This document shows positions 1 through 9,272 of a DNA stretch of 64,000 nucleotides, piece after piece. The number at the start of each line of letters is the position of its first letter. Within the stretch, counting starts at the first letter, position 1. The notes under the pieces were generated by a model. The model did not search any database. It worked only from the letters and a program-made list of their open reading frames with translations, and had not been told where the DNA came from. This DNA is from Candidatus Magasanikiibacteriota bacterium (lineage in GTDB: Bacteria; Patescibacteriota; Patescibacteriia; Magasanikbacterales; UBA922), in contig WJJZ01000010.1 of the NCBI GenBank assembly GCA_014729395.1, positions 220,544-284,543 of the forward strand. Reading direction: 5' to 3'. Position numbers and translations under genes: made by a program.

Positions 1-131
1 GAACCCGAATCAGTCAAAGCGACCGCTTTATATCCTTTTGCTTTAACACCTTTAACAAGCGGTTTTATTTTGGTTAAACCGTCTAAAAGTGAATAGTGAG
101 AATGGATATGTAGATGGACAAAATCGGACAT
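1..131 (-). CDS. dnaE: DNA polymerase III alpha subunit, 5' end (runs off the window)
   Basis: Reverse strand from ATG at 131 reads [43 protein letters not shown], the PHP-domain start of DnaE (HLHxHSxYSLLDG...A(L/I)TD). Confidence 0.9.
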   Translation of the reverse strand, partial: MSDFVHLHIHSHYSLLDGLTKIKPLVKGVKAKGYKAVALTDSG

Positions 132-243
132 AATTTATTAAAAAATCAGTATTCTAATACTATAACAAACAGACCTCTTAATCAAGTCATCATAATATCA
201 ATTTTTTACTACTACACTTCATACTCACAGTAAGATATGAAGA

Positions 244-325
244 TGTCATTCCCGCGAAGGCGGGAATCTAGGCATAGGACGTATAACATGCTTAATTCTG
301 GATTCCCGCCTTCGCGGGAATGACA
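244..325. repeat. REP/dRS3-like nested palindromic element
   Basis: TGTCATTCCCGCGAAGGCGGGAATC (244-268) and its exact reverse complement (301-325); each arm is itself an ATTCCC-N8-GGGAAT palindrome. Confidence 0.85.
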
Positions 326-438
326 CACTGGTTTATGATTTATTTTATATTTTTTCAATATCCTAATACTATAATAATCAAGCTTCTTAATCAAGCCAAT
401 GTAGTAATTGACTATTAGTAAAAAGCCGGGGGAGCTTT

Positions 439-572
439 GCAAAAGTACCAAGGGGGTTCAGGGGGTGCAACTGTTTGAGCCCCACCATGCTTGGCAGTAA
501 GAACATTCTTAGAAGCAACAGGGGCGAGTTTTGCACCCCCTGAAACTTTTGCTACTTTTGGTTACAAAAGTA
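439..572. repeat. GC-rich multi-stem structured element
   Basis: Perfect 14-bp stem TTCAGGGGGTGCAA (457-470)/TTGCACCCCCTGAA (531-544); inner GCCCC/GGGGC; outer GCAAAAGT/ACTTTTGC; terminal hairpin TACTTTTG-GTTA-CAAAAGTA. Confidence 0.7.
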
Positions 573-634
573 GAAGAAAAAGAATAAAGAAAACCTGCTT
601 TCACAGGCTTTCGTATTTTCAAATTTAACACTTC

Positions 635-982
635 TTACTTCTTCTTTTTTCGACCTCTTTTTTTAGTCTTCTTTGTCTTTCTCTCTGTAATCTTTTCTTC
701 CAGCTTGGATGACAACTTTCCAAAAATAAACTTATCAGCCAACTTTCCGGCCAGACCACCCAAAACTCCCATCTTGTCAGTCATCTTATCGACCCTATCT
801 TTGATATACTCAATCGCGTCAACAATCAATTCCAACTTATGAGTTATGTTTTCTATTATTTCGTTGGCATTTTTTAATACCCGGGCCGCTTGGTAAAGCA
901 ACCAGCATAAAAACACTGTAAACCACAAAATACAAAGTGATAATACAATGTACAAAAGATCCTGGCTTGATTCAAATAACAT
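635..982 (-). CDS. Hypothetical membrane protein (N-terminal TM, coiled coil, basic tail)
   Basis: 115-aa ORF with one hydrophobic segment, a heptad-like region and a K/R-rich C-terminus. Confidence 0.75.
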   Translation of the reverse strand: MLFESSQDLLYIVLSLCILWFTVFLCWLLYQAARVLKNANEIIENITHKLELIVDAIEYIKDRVDKMTDKMGVLGGLAGKLADKFIFGKLSSKLEEKITERKTKKTKKRGRKKKK

Positions 983-1075
983 AATTTATTACTTGCAAAC
1001 TTTTACTTTGCCTATGTTTGCAGTTAAAAATAACAGGCGATTATATTATAGCATAAAATATCAATGAATCCCAAT

Positions 1076-1456
1076 CTATAATATAAACAAAAGACAAAAA
1101 GTCCACAGACTAAGAATGAAAGTGATCCAATAATAATAAGATATTTTAAAATTATGGTGTTTAAATTTACTTTCTTTAAGGGAAAAAATCTTCTCCTTAA
1201 AAATATTTTTTTCTACCTCTTTTAGTCGGCTCGAAAGAGTACTTTGATAACTCAAATGACGAATACAAATGTGTGAAATAAAAATATTAACTAATAAAGT
1301 AATAATTATACCGTAAATATCCCAATCTTTTATAAACTGAAAAAATAAAATAATATTATTAATAATCAATATTAATGAGTCGCGCCAAACTAAATTATCA
1401 TACTTCTCATAGTCCCTCCTTTGTAATTCGTAAATTTTTAATATATCTTCTCTCAT
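1076..1456 (-). CDS. Hypothetical membrane protein
   Basis: 126-aa ORF with about 3 hydrophobic segments, very AT-rich. Confidence 0.6.
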   Translation of the reverse strand: MREDILKIYELQRRDYEKYDNLVWRDSLILIINNIILFFQFIKDWDIYGIIITLLVNIFISHICIRHLSYQSTLSSRLKEVEKNIFKEKIFSLKESKFKHHNFKISYYYWITFILSLWTFCLLFIL

Positions 1457-1501
1457 GTTAAAAAACTCTTAAGAGTTAAATAATTAGAACGGATTAAATT
1501 T

Positions 1502-1699
1502 TTATTTTTTGTCTTTTTTAAATTTATTCCAGCCTATAGTATAAAAAATCAATAGCGATGGTATCAAAAGTATAAGAACTAATGCTATACCAGATGGAGA
1601 ATATGAATCAAGAACAACTAATATATCGCCTAGCCAAAAAAATATACCAAATATCCAAATAGTAACTAATTGACCATAAGAAATTTTGTATAAATTCAT
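1502..1699 (-). CDS. Small two-TM hypothetical protein
   Basis: 65-aa ORF with two hydrophobic helices and a basic tail. Confidence 0.6.
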   Translation of the reverse strand: MNLYKISYGQLVTIWIFGIFFWLGDILVVLDSYSPSGIALVLILLIPSLLIFYTIGWNKFKKDKK

Positions 1700-1812
1700 A
1701 CTATTTCTCTAATTAAAATTTAGCCTAATATTTTTATTATAATGTTGGTTTTCAGGGAAATTTATAAAAAATTTGATTCAAAAACCGAAGTCTGATAGCC
1801 GATTGCAGAATG

Positions 1813-4266
1813 TTATTTCCTCACCTCCACCCCAAAACCACTCTCCAAAACTTTCTCTACTTGTGCTTGTATTTTATCCACCTCTTCCGCTTTTAGAGTT
1901 TTCTCTCCCGACTGATAAACAATATGATACGCCAAGCTTTTCTTGCCGGCCTCAATATTTTTTCCTTCATAGACATCAAACAATTCAACCGACACAATCA
2001 AATCACTTACGCCCTCGATTGCTTCTACCAAATCAACATGCTGGACTGACTTGTCTACAATCATGGCAATATCCCTATCCATACTTGGATACTCCGGTAC
2101 CTTTGTATAGTCTTCTTTTTCCAGATAAAATTCTAACAATTTACTCAAATCAATTTCAGCGACCGCAGTCGGGTAATCAATTCCTGCTTTTTTTTGTACA
2201 GTCGGATGAAGCTCAAAAATTTCACCAACCGAGGTCTCGTCCACGAAAATCTCCGCTTGCCGACCCGGATGCATATAGAGATCTATACCAATACTCTTCT
2301 TGGTTAATTTTATGTGGAATCCTAAAGTTTCCAAAGTACCAACTAAAGCATCAGATACTCCATAAAAAGGTGTTTTTTGATTTTTACCAGAAAAAACCAG
2401 TCCAAGCATGACAGATTGCCGAGGTAAAAGCTCATCGCCATTTTTTGCCGCTCTCTCACCGGGATTCTCCACATCGAAAATTTTACCGACCTCAAACATG
2501 CTAACATTATCTTTAAAATGTAAATTCTTTTCCAAATTTTCTATTAAGTTTGGTAAAAGACTGCGTCGCAAAAGCGGCCTATCTTTGGCCAAAGGATTTT
2601 CCAACTCGATATTTTTTTGTGCGTTAAAATCGAGTTTTTTTAGCCAATCAGGCGAGACAAAAGAATAGTTATAGCTTTCGGTAAAGCTGAATTTATAAAC
2701 CAAAAGTTCTTTGATTTTTCTTTCCAATTCTCGCAGTTTATTTCTCTCCGGCGGAATTACAGGAAAAGAAGGCAATTCTGTGTCTATATTGTCATAGCCA
2801 TAAATTCTGGAAATTTCCTCCACCAAATCTTCGGGAATAGAAACATCTTTGGTTGCCCGCCAAGTTGGAACTGTAACTTTCAAAACATGCTTCTTATCTT
2901 TTACTCCAAAGCCGAGGCGTTCCAAAATATCTATAATTTTCTTTTTTTCTATTTCCATGCCGATTTTTCTCTTCACAAATTCCAAATCAAGCTCAATCGG
3001 ACCGGTATTTAAGTGATAATCAGCCACGTCGGCTACATTACTCACTACACGTGCCTCGGGACAAAGTTCAAGAGTAAGTTCAACCGCTTTTTTAAGAGCG
3101 AGTTTACAATTATTTGGATCTTGGGCTTTTTCAAATCTGGCCGAAGAATCGGTTCTTAATCCCAGCGCAGTAGAGGTTCTACGAACGTTAATTGCATTAA
3201 AATTAGCTGATTCAAAAATGATAGCCTTGGTTTTCTCATTCACTTCAGAATTTTCCCCTCCCATTATCCCGGCCAAAGCCACCGGCTTTTTATCATCGGC
3301 AATCACCAACATGTCTGGAGTTAATTCATGCTCCTTTTCATCAAGAGTAGTAAACTTCTCACCCTTCTTCGCACGTCTAACAAACAATGATACACGTTCA
3401 CTGCTCATTGTTATTTGTTCACTGTCAAAAGCGTGCATTGGCTGCCCCAAATCAAACATTATATAATTCGTAATATCGACTATATTATTTATTGGACGTA
3501 TTCCCACTGCCATTAATCTTTTTTGCAGCCAACCGGGTGACGGCCCGATTTTCACTCCGTCAAGAGCTACGGCCATGTAGCGCGGACACAGCTCTTTATC
3601 TTCCACTTCCACTTTTATTTCCATTTCTTTACCCGGCTTAATTTCATCGGGTTTATATTTTTTTAATTTTTTTCTGTGAATGGCGGCCACTTCTCTTGCC
3701 ATGCCATAATGACCCCAAAGATCAGGTCGGTGGGTCATGGATTTATTATCAATGTCCAAAACCACGTCATCCAGCTCAAGCGCTTCTGCCAGCTGCGTAC
3801 CCGGTTTTAATTTCAAATCCGTCAAATCCAAAATTTCTTTTTCATCTTCCAAAGGAAACATGCCGCCCAGACCAATTTCAGTGGAAGCACAAATCATGCC
3901 TTCCGAAACTTCGCCGCGAATCTTGGCTTTTTTAAGCTCTACCAAATCCCCTTCTCCATGCCAACGCACTTTGGAACCGACTTTGGCAAAAGCTACTAAT
4001 ATACCTTCCCTTACATTAGAGCCACCACAAACCAGACTGTAATCTTTTTCTCCATCACTTACGGTACACAATAATAATTTATCCGCGTCCGGGTGTTTCT
4101 TTGTTTTTTTAACCTTGCCCACGACAATATTTTCAAAACTCTGTTTTTGATTTTCCACCCCCTCCACCTCAACCGTACTCATGGTAAGCTGCAAAGCCAA
4201 CTCTTCCGGAGTGAGAGAATCAGGCAAGCCGACGTATTGTTTGAGCCAATTTTTTGATATGTACAT
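1813..4266 (-). CDS. pheT: Phenylalanine--tRNA ligase beta subunit
   Basis: HPDADKL tRNA-binding OB domain, RPINNIVDITNY, GQPMHAFD, DLVEEISRIYGY, C-terminal FDX-ACB (LFDVYEG..KKSLAY); start placed at MYISKNW. Confidence 0.97.
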   Translation of the reverse strand: MYISKNWLKQYVGLPDSLTPEELALQLTMSTVEVEGVENQKQSFENIVVGKVKKTKKHPDADKLLLCTVSDGEKDYSLVCGGSNVREGILVAFAKVGSKVRWHGEGDLVELKKAKIRGEVSEGMICASTEIGLGGMFPLEDEKEILDLTDLKLKPGTQLAEALELDDVVLDIDNKSMTHRPDLWGHYGMAREVAAIHRKKLKKYKPDEIKPGKEMEIKVEVEDKELCPRYMAVALDGVKIGPSPGWLQKRLMAVGIRPINNIVDITNYIMFDLGQPMHAFDSEQITMSSERVSLFVRRAKKGEKFTTLDEKEHELTPDMLVIADDKKPVALAGIMGGENSEVNEKTKAIIFESANFNAINVRRTSTALGLRTDSSARFEKAQDPNNCKLALKKAVELTLELCPEARVVSNVADVADYHLNTGPIELDLEFVKRKIGMEIEKKKIIDILERLGFGVKDKKHVLKVTVPTWRATKDVSIPEDLVEEISRIYGYDNIDTELPSFPVIPPERNKLRELERKIKELLVYKFSFTESYNYSFVSPDWLKKLDFNAQKNIELENPLAKDRPLLRRSLLPNLIENLEKNLHFKDNVSMFEVGKIFDVENPGERAAKNGDELLPRQSVMLGLVFSGKNQKTPFYGVSDALVGTLETLGFHIKLTKKSIGIDLYMHPGRQAEIFVDETSVGEIFELHPTVQKKAGIDYPTAVAEIDLSKLLEFYLEKEDYTKVPEYPSMDRDIAMIVDKSVQHVDLVEAIEGVSDLIVSVELFDVYEGKNIEAGKKSLAYHIVYQSGEKTLKAEEVDKIQAQVEKVLESGFGVEVRK

Positions 4267-4295
4267 ATTTAAATAGTTTAAACTTATCAGCAAGT

Positions 4296-4337
4296 CCCTC
4301 CTCCCCTTACCAAGGGGAGGAGGACAGGAGGAGGGGT
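4296..4337. repeat. C/G-rich palindromic element between pheS and pheT
   Basis: CCTCCTCCCCTT-ACC-AAGGGGAGGAGG stem followed by GGAGGAGGGGT. Confidence 0.7.
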
Positions 4338-4340
4338 AGT

Positions 4341-5372
4341 TTAGAATTGCTCCAAAAATCTTACATCCCCACTATGCAAATGTCTAATGTCCTCTATACC
4401 ATACTTTTGCATTACAAGTCTCATTGAACCAAGCCCAAAAGCAAAACCGCTGTATTCTTTTGGATCAAGTCCGCCGTATTCAATTACTTTTGGATGAACC
4501 AGTCCGCACGGCAGTGTTTCCACCCAGCCGGAATGTTTACAAGCTCCGCAGCCCTCGCCCTCGCAAACCAAACATTTCATATCCAGTTCAAACCCGGGTT
4601 CTACAAATGGGAAAAATCCCGGTCGCAATCTTACCTCTACTTCTCTTTCTAAAATTCCTTGTAACAATTCTTTCATAACACCAATCAAATTTGCAATGGA
4701 AATATCTTTATCAACTACCAGTCCTTCCATTTGATAAAAAGTATGTTCATGAGAGGCGTCAGTCGCTTCATTTCTAAAACACCTGCCGGAAACTACAGCT
4801 CTAATTGGTGCACCATACTTTTGCATGGCACGAATCTGCACCGGTGAAGTATGGGGACGCATACACCAATCCGAATGATCTTTAATATAAAAAGTGTCCA
4901 TGCTTTCACGTGCCGGATGATCGGCCGGAATATTCAGAGCTTCAAATGCATAATAATTACTCTCAAGCTCGGGACCATCCAATACCATAAAGCCCATAGA
5001 GGTAAATAAATCTTCTAGTTTGTTATGAACAATTGTTATCGGATGAAAATGTCCATTTTCTGTCTGTGGCAACTTAGGCCGGGTTACATCAATTGATTCT
5101 TCACTAGATAACCCTGACTTATCTTCTTTTTCAAGTTCTGTCTTTTTTTCTTCAATCAATTCTTGAAATTCGCGTTTAATTTCATTGGCCAGTTTACCAA
5201 ATTCTTTTCTGGCTTCGCCTGACAAATCTTTTAAGTTCTTCATGATCTGCGTCATCTCTCCGGAACGACGAGAAAAAAAACGTTTTTCCAACTCATCAAG
5301 TTGAACCCCGTCTCTTATTTCTTCCAATCCTTTTATAAATTCTTTTTTTAATTTTTGTAGTTCGTTTTTCAT
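4341..5372 (-). CDS. pheS: Phenylalanine--tRNA ligase alpha subunit
   Basis: HPARESMDTFY, HTSPVQIR, RPGFFPFVEPG and GFAFGLG motifs. Confidence 0.97.
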   Translation of the reverse strand: MKNELQKLKKEFIKGLEEIRDGVQLDELEKRFFSRRSGEMTQIMKNLKDLSGEARKEFGKLANEIKREFQELIEEKKTELEKEDKSGLSSEESIDVTRPKLPQTENGHFHPITIVHNKLEDLFTSMGFMVLDGPELESNYYAFEALNIPADHPARESMDTFYIKDHSDWCMRPHTSPVQIRAMQKYGAPIRAVVSGRCFRNEATDASHEHTFYQMEGLVVDKDISIANLIGVMKELLQGILEREVEVRLRPGFFPFVEPGFELDMKCLVCEGEGCGACKHSGWVETLPCGLVHPKVIEYGGLDPKEYSGFAFGLGSMRLVMQKYGIEDIRHLHSGDVRFLEQF

Positions 5373-5580
5373 ATATTTATTTATTGTAATCGATGAATTG
5401 GTTGTAAAATATTATCAACCGATGACTGGTGATTAGTGATTGGAGATTATCCAATGTAGAAAATTAATCTTTCTTCAATCTTAAAAAGTTATAAGGATAT
5501 AAATTGAAGAATAGCCATTCTAAGTCAGTTTAATCTGTAATCAACAGTTTCGAGCCTCTCGTGATAATCTCTTAACTACC

Positions 5581-6018
5581 TTACGAAAAAGCTCGATATA
5601 CCAGATAAACCACCAAACCCACAAAAGCGCCGGCACCCAAACGTAAAAACTGCAATATTTTCTCTTTCGTCATTGGATCAACATGTACACTTGGTGCTTT
5701 CTTGATACTGCCTTTAGAAAACTTTAGCTCCTTTTCATATTTAAATTTACCTAATTCTTTATTTTCAAAAATACCATCTTTAGCTTCAGGTGTTTTCACA
5801 CCTAAACCTTTTTTAATCTTTTCAAACTCGCCTTCCTTTTTCATCTCTTCTATTGCTTTCATTCTTTCGGTCGGACTCATATCTTTTAACTTCATAATTT
5901 TGTTTAAAGCCGGATTCTTACTGGCTTTCTTGGCCCAAGATATCAGCTTGAATACAAATAAGCTAATAATTATGAGCGGTATTAATGAAGAAATTAAGGA
6001 AATAACTGTCTCTTCCAT
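5581..6018 (-). CDS. Hypothetical membrane protein
   Basis: 145-aa ORF with N- and C-terminal TM segments; abuts rseP. Confidence 0.7.
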   Translation of the reverse strand: MEETVISLISSLIPLIIISLFVFKLISWAKKASKNPALNKIMKLKDMSPTERMKAIEEMKKEGEFEKIKKGLGVKTPEAKDGIFENKELGKFKYEKELKFSKGSIKKAPSVHVDPMTKEKILQFLRLGAGAFVGLVVYLVYRAFS

Positions 6019-6022
6019 AAAA

Positions 6023-7198
6023 TTATCCGATTAATCCTAATATGTCTCGACCGGTTACAACTATAACTAATAACATCAAAAGTAAAAAACCGATTGTATG
6101 AGCAATTTGTTCGTATTTTAATGGAACCGGACGTCTAAATATTTTTTCAAATAAAACGAATATAATTCTCCCACCATCAAGTGCGGGGATCGGTAAAATA
6201 TTAATAACCGCTAAACTTAAAGATAACATAGCGGTAATATTTATCAAATAACTTATCCCTAATCTGGCGCTTTGACCTATCATTACGGCTATCCCTACCG
6301 GTCCGGATACATCAGTAATCATACCATTGCCGATTATCAAATTTTTTATAACCACATAAAAAATGATAAATATATTGAGTAGAGTTACACCCGCCGCTAC
6401 GAAACCTTTGTATAAAGCAATGTACCAGGGATAACGAACAATTCCGGCTTCCACCAATGAAACTCCAATTTTAGGATCCCCGCTTGAATCCAAATTCGCA
6501 GGTGTTAATTTGACTTCTTTACTCTCTCCTTCTCGTTCAATAGTCAAGGATAATTCGTTAAAGCCTATTTCTTTTATTAATTCCGGTACCTGAGCACTGT
6601 TTTCAATTTCATTATCATTTATTTGAAGAATTTTATCCCCGAATTGAATACCTGCTTCTTCAGCCGGAGACTTTTTTTCAGTCATTTGAACCAAAACCTT
6701 CGGTTCTTCAATAATAATAGCTCTATCGTCTTGTTGGCCGGTCACGTCGACGGGCAAGCCAACCATAAAACCGGTACTAAACAAGATTGCCGCCAATAAA
6801 AAATTCATTGTTACCCCGGCCACCAGTACAACTATCTTTTTCCAAGCCTTTTGGTAGCCAAAACTGTCGGGCTCATCTTGTTTTTCACCACTCTCTCCTT
6901 TTATTTTTACAAAACCGCCGATTGGCAGCCAATTAATCGAATACAACGTAGCCGGATATTCTTCTACTCTTTCGTCACCACCAACGGTTTCTTTCAATCC
7001 ACTTTTTTTACTTTTTCCCCAAACCCAAACAATTTTTTTTGTTTTTGGGTCTTTGTAAAAACCAAAAGCCCGAGGTGGGTAACCAAAACCAAATTCATAC
7101 ACTTTCATGCCTGATTTTCGGGCTGTTATGAAATGGCCAAATTCGTGAACAAAAACCAGTAGGCCTAAAACAATAATAAACGCTAAAACAGTTAGCAT
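6023..7198 (-). CDS. rseP: RIP metalloprotease (M50B) with PDZ domain
   Basis: HEFGH, PIGGFVKI, PDZ (SPAEEAGIQFGDKI), GPVGI and NILPIPALDGG motifs. Confidence 0.95.
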   Translation of the reverse strand: MLTVLAFIIVLGLLVFVHEFGHFITARKSGMKVYEFGFGYPPRAFGFYKDPKTKKIVWVWGKSKKSGLKETVGGDERVEEYPATLYSINWLPIGGFVKIKGESGEKQDEPDSFGYQKAWKKIVVLVAGVTMNFLLAAILFSTGFMVGLPVDVTGQQDDRAIIIEEPKVLVQMTEKKSPAEEAGIQFGDKILQINDNEIENSAQVPELIKEIGFNELSLTIEREGESKEVKLTPANLDSSGDPKIGVSLVEAGIVRYPWYIALYKGFVAAGVTLLNIFIIFYVVIKNLIIGNGMITDVSGPVGIAVMIGQSARLGISYLINITAMLSLSLAVINILPIPALDGGRIIFVLFEKIFRRPVPLKYEQIAHTIGFLLLMLLVIVVTGRDILGLIG

Positions 7199-7302
7199 AA
7201 ATTGACTATATTAAGTAAAATGTTTACAATAGTAGTATGATTATCGCATATTAGAGGTGATAATTCAATAGAGGATAATTTATCTAACTTATAACAAACT
7301 CT

Positions 7303-7866
7303 ATGATAGTTTTATATATAATTATTGCGGTGTTGGCGGTAGTTATCTTCTGGGTAATTGCGCTTTACAACGGCTTGATTAAACTACGCAACCGCACCAA
7401 AGAAGCTTGGAGCGATATTGACGTACAACTGAAGCGTCGACATGACTTGATTCCAAATTTGGTGGAAAGTGTAAAAGGTTATATGAAACATGAACGCGAG
7501 CTTCTGGAAAAAATTACCAAATATCGTTCACAGGCAATGAAGGAGCAAAAGGCCGGAGAAACTGAAAAACTCGCCAAAACCGAAGGTATGCTCGGAAACA
7601 TGCTTGGAAAATTACAAATTGCTGTTGAAGCCTACCCGGATCTCAAGGCTAATGAAAACGTAAGTCAGTTAATGGATGAATTAAGCGACACTGAAAATAA
7701 AATTCAGGCTGCGCGCAGATTTTACAACGGTCAAGTCCGAGACTTCAATACAAAAATTGAAAGCTTTCCGAATAATTTAATTGCCGGAATGTTGAAATTT
7801 AGCAAATTTGATTTCTTTGAAGTAGAAGATGCTAAAGAGAGAGAAAATGTAAAAGTAAAATTATAA
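7303..7866 (+). CDS. lemA: LemA family protein
   Basis: AWSDIDVQLKRRHDLIPNLV, EAYPDLKAN and ARRFYN motifs. Confidence 0.95.
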   Translation: MIVLYIIIAVLAVVIFWVIALYNGLIKLRNRTKEAWSDIDVQLKRRHDLIPNLVESVKGYMKHERELLEKITKYRSQAMKEQKAGETEKLAKTEGMLGNMLGKLQIAVEAYPDLKANENVSQLMDELSDTENKIQAARRFYNGQVRDFNTKIESFPNNLIAGMLKFSKFDFFEVEDAKERENVKVKL

Positions 7867-7943
7867 CAGTTATCAGTTCACGGTTCACAGCTAGCAGGAG
7901 ATACACAAATCTGTGAACTGAGAGCTGTTGGCTGCGAACTGTT

Positions 7944-8828
7944 ATGTATAATCAAATCGACTCCAACAAACGCAAAACCGTAATACTCATTACCATATTC
8001 CTTGTCCTAATCATCGCCCTGGGTTGGTTTATTGGTGTTTACTTGAACTATGGCTATGGTGTCTTTTTGTTTGCCGTAATTTTTTCTATTGGAACTTCCC
8101 TTGTCAGCTATTACAAAGGTGACAAAATTGCCCTTGCCTCAACAAAAGCCAAAGAAATCAAAAAAACAGACAATCCTTATGTTTACAGAATGGTAGAAAA
8201 TCTTTGCATTACTGCCGGTATTCCAACCCCCAAAGTCCATATAATCGACTCTCCTGCTTTGAATGCCTTTGCCACCGGCCGTGATCCGGAACATGCTTCA
8301 ATTGCTCTAACTACCGGAATTATAAAAGCTTTGGAGAATGAAGAACTCGAAGCTGTTATTGCACACGAACTATCACATATAAAAAACTATGACATTCGCT
8401 TAATGACATTGGTGGTCGTTATGGTAGGACTGATTGCCATAATAGCGGATATGTTTTGGCGAATACGTTTTTTTGGCGGTGATAGAAAATCTGATAATAA
8501 AGCCGGTGGTCAGCTGGGAGTAATAATAATGATAATAGGTTTTGCGCTTTTAATCTTATCTCCTATAGTAGCTGAACTAATAAAACTGGCCATTTCCAGA
8601 AAAAGAGAGTATCTGGCCGACGCTTCCGGCGCTCTTTTAACTCGATACCCTGAAGGCTTGGCAAGAGCGCTTGAAAAAATATCAAAATCAAAAACACCCC
8701 TTCAAACTGCTAATAATGCAACTGCACATCTTTTTATTTCCAACCCGTTTAAAGGTAAAAAAATATCGAATTTTTTTTCCACTCATCCTCCAATCGTAGA
8801 CAGGGTAAAAAAACTAAGAGGGATGTAA
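7944..8828 (+). CDS. htpX: M48 zinc metalloprotease HtpX
   Basis: NAFATG, AHELSH, SRKREYLAD and FSTHPP motifs; follows lemA. Confidence 0.95.
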   Translation: MYNQIDSNKRKTVILITIFLVLIIALGWFIGVYLNYGYGVFLFAVIFSIGTSLVSYYKGDKIALASTKAKEIKKTDNPYVYRMVENLCITAGIPTPKVHIIDSPALNAFATGRDPEHASIALTTGIIKALENEELEAVIAHELSHIKNYDIRLMTLVVVMVGLIAIIADMFWRIRFFGGDRKSDNKAGGQLGVIIMIIGFALLILSPIVAELIKLAISRKREYLADASGALLTRYPEGLARALEKISKSKTPLQTANNATAHLFISNPFKGKKISNFFSTHPPIVDRVKKLRGM

Positions 8829-8858
8829 TATACAATATTATTTATTTAATAAAAAATT

Positions 8859-9209
8859 ATGGGAGATACACCTTGGATCCTAATAGCCGTTGCCGTTTTG
8901 ATACTAATTTTGGCGGTAGTGGCTATTTTAATTAATAAAGATAAAAAAAGACCACCTGACTACTATACTTTTTTTATAATAGGTCTGACCTGGATTGCCA
9001 TAGGCCTACCGCTTAAAAATTATGCACTTTGGATAATGGGCCTGGTTTTTACCGCCATTGGCCTCATCAATAAAGACAAATGGAAACAAAACCATAAAAA
9101 ATGGAACCAACTAACAGACAAAGAAAAAAAAGCGAAAATGGTCTTAATAACCATTCTAGGTATATTGGTATTGGCCGGCTTTGTCGCCTATTTAGTAGTG
9201 GCTATATAA
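8859..9209 (+). CDS. Hypothetical 4-TM membrane protein
   Basis: 116-aa ORF with four hydrophobic segments. Confidence 0.7.
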   Translation: MGDTPWILIAVAVLILILAVVAILINKDKKRPPDYYTFFIIGLTWIAIGLPLKNYALWIMGLVFTAIGLINKDKWKQNHKKWNQLTDKEKKAKMVLITILGILVLAGFVAYLVVAI

Positions 9210-9242
9210 CCTAAAGATACGAAAATAAAAAATAAATGATGG

Positions 9243-9269
9243 AAAAACCAGCTATACAAGCTGGTTTTT
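9243..9269. terminator. Bidirectional intrinsic terminator
   Basis: AAAAACCAGCT-ATACA-AGCTGGTTTTT between convergent genes. Confidence 0.75.
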
Positions 9270-9272
9270 AAA

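Noticed and set aside
212-451. 79-aa ORF containing CHSREGGNP/LDSRLRGND
   Set aside because: These peptides are just the translation of the palindromic repeat.
1783-1811. Weak period-7 half array after the pheT stop
   Set aside because: It is too degenerate and lacks a complementary arm, so it cannot be supported by eye.
1773-4678. Plus-strand ORFs opposite pheT/pheS (and similar antisense ORFs across the window)
   Set aside because: They overlap well-supported genes on the other strand and have no motifs of their own.
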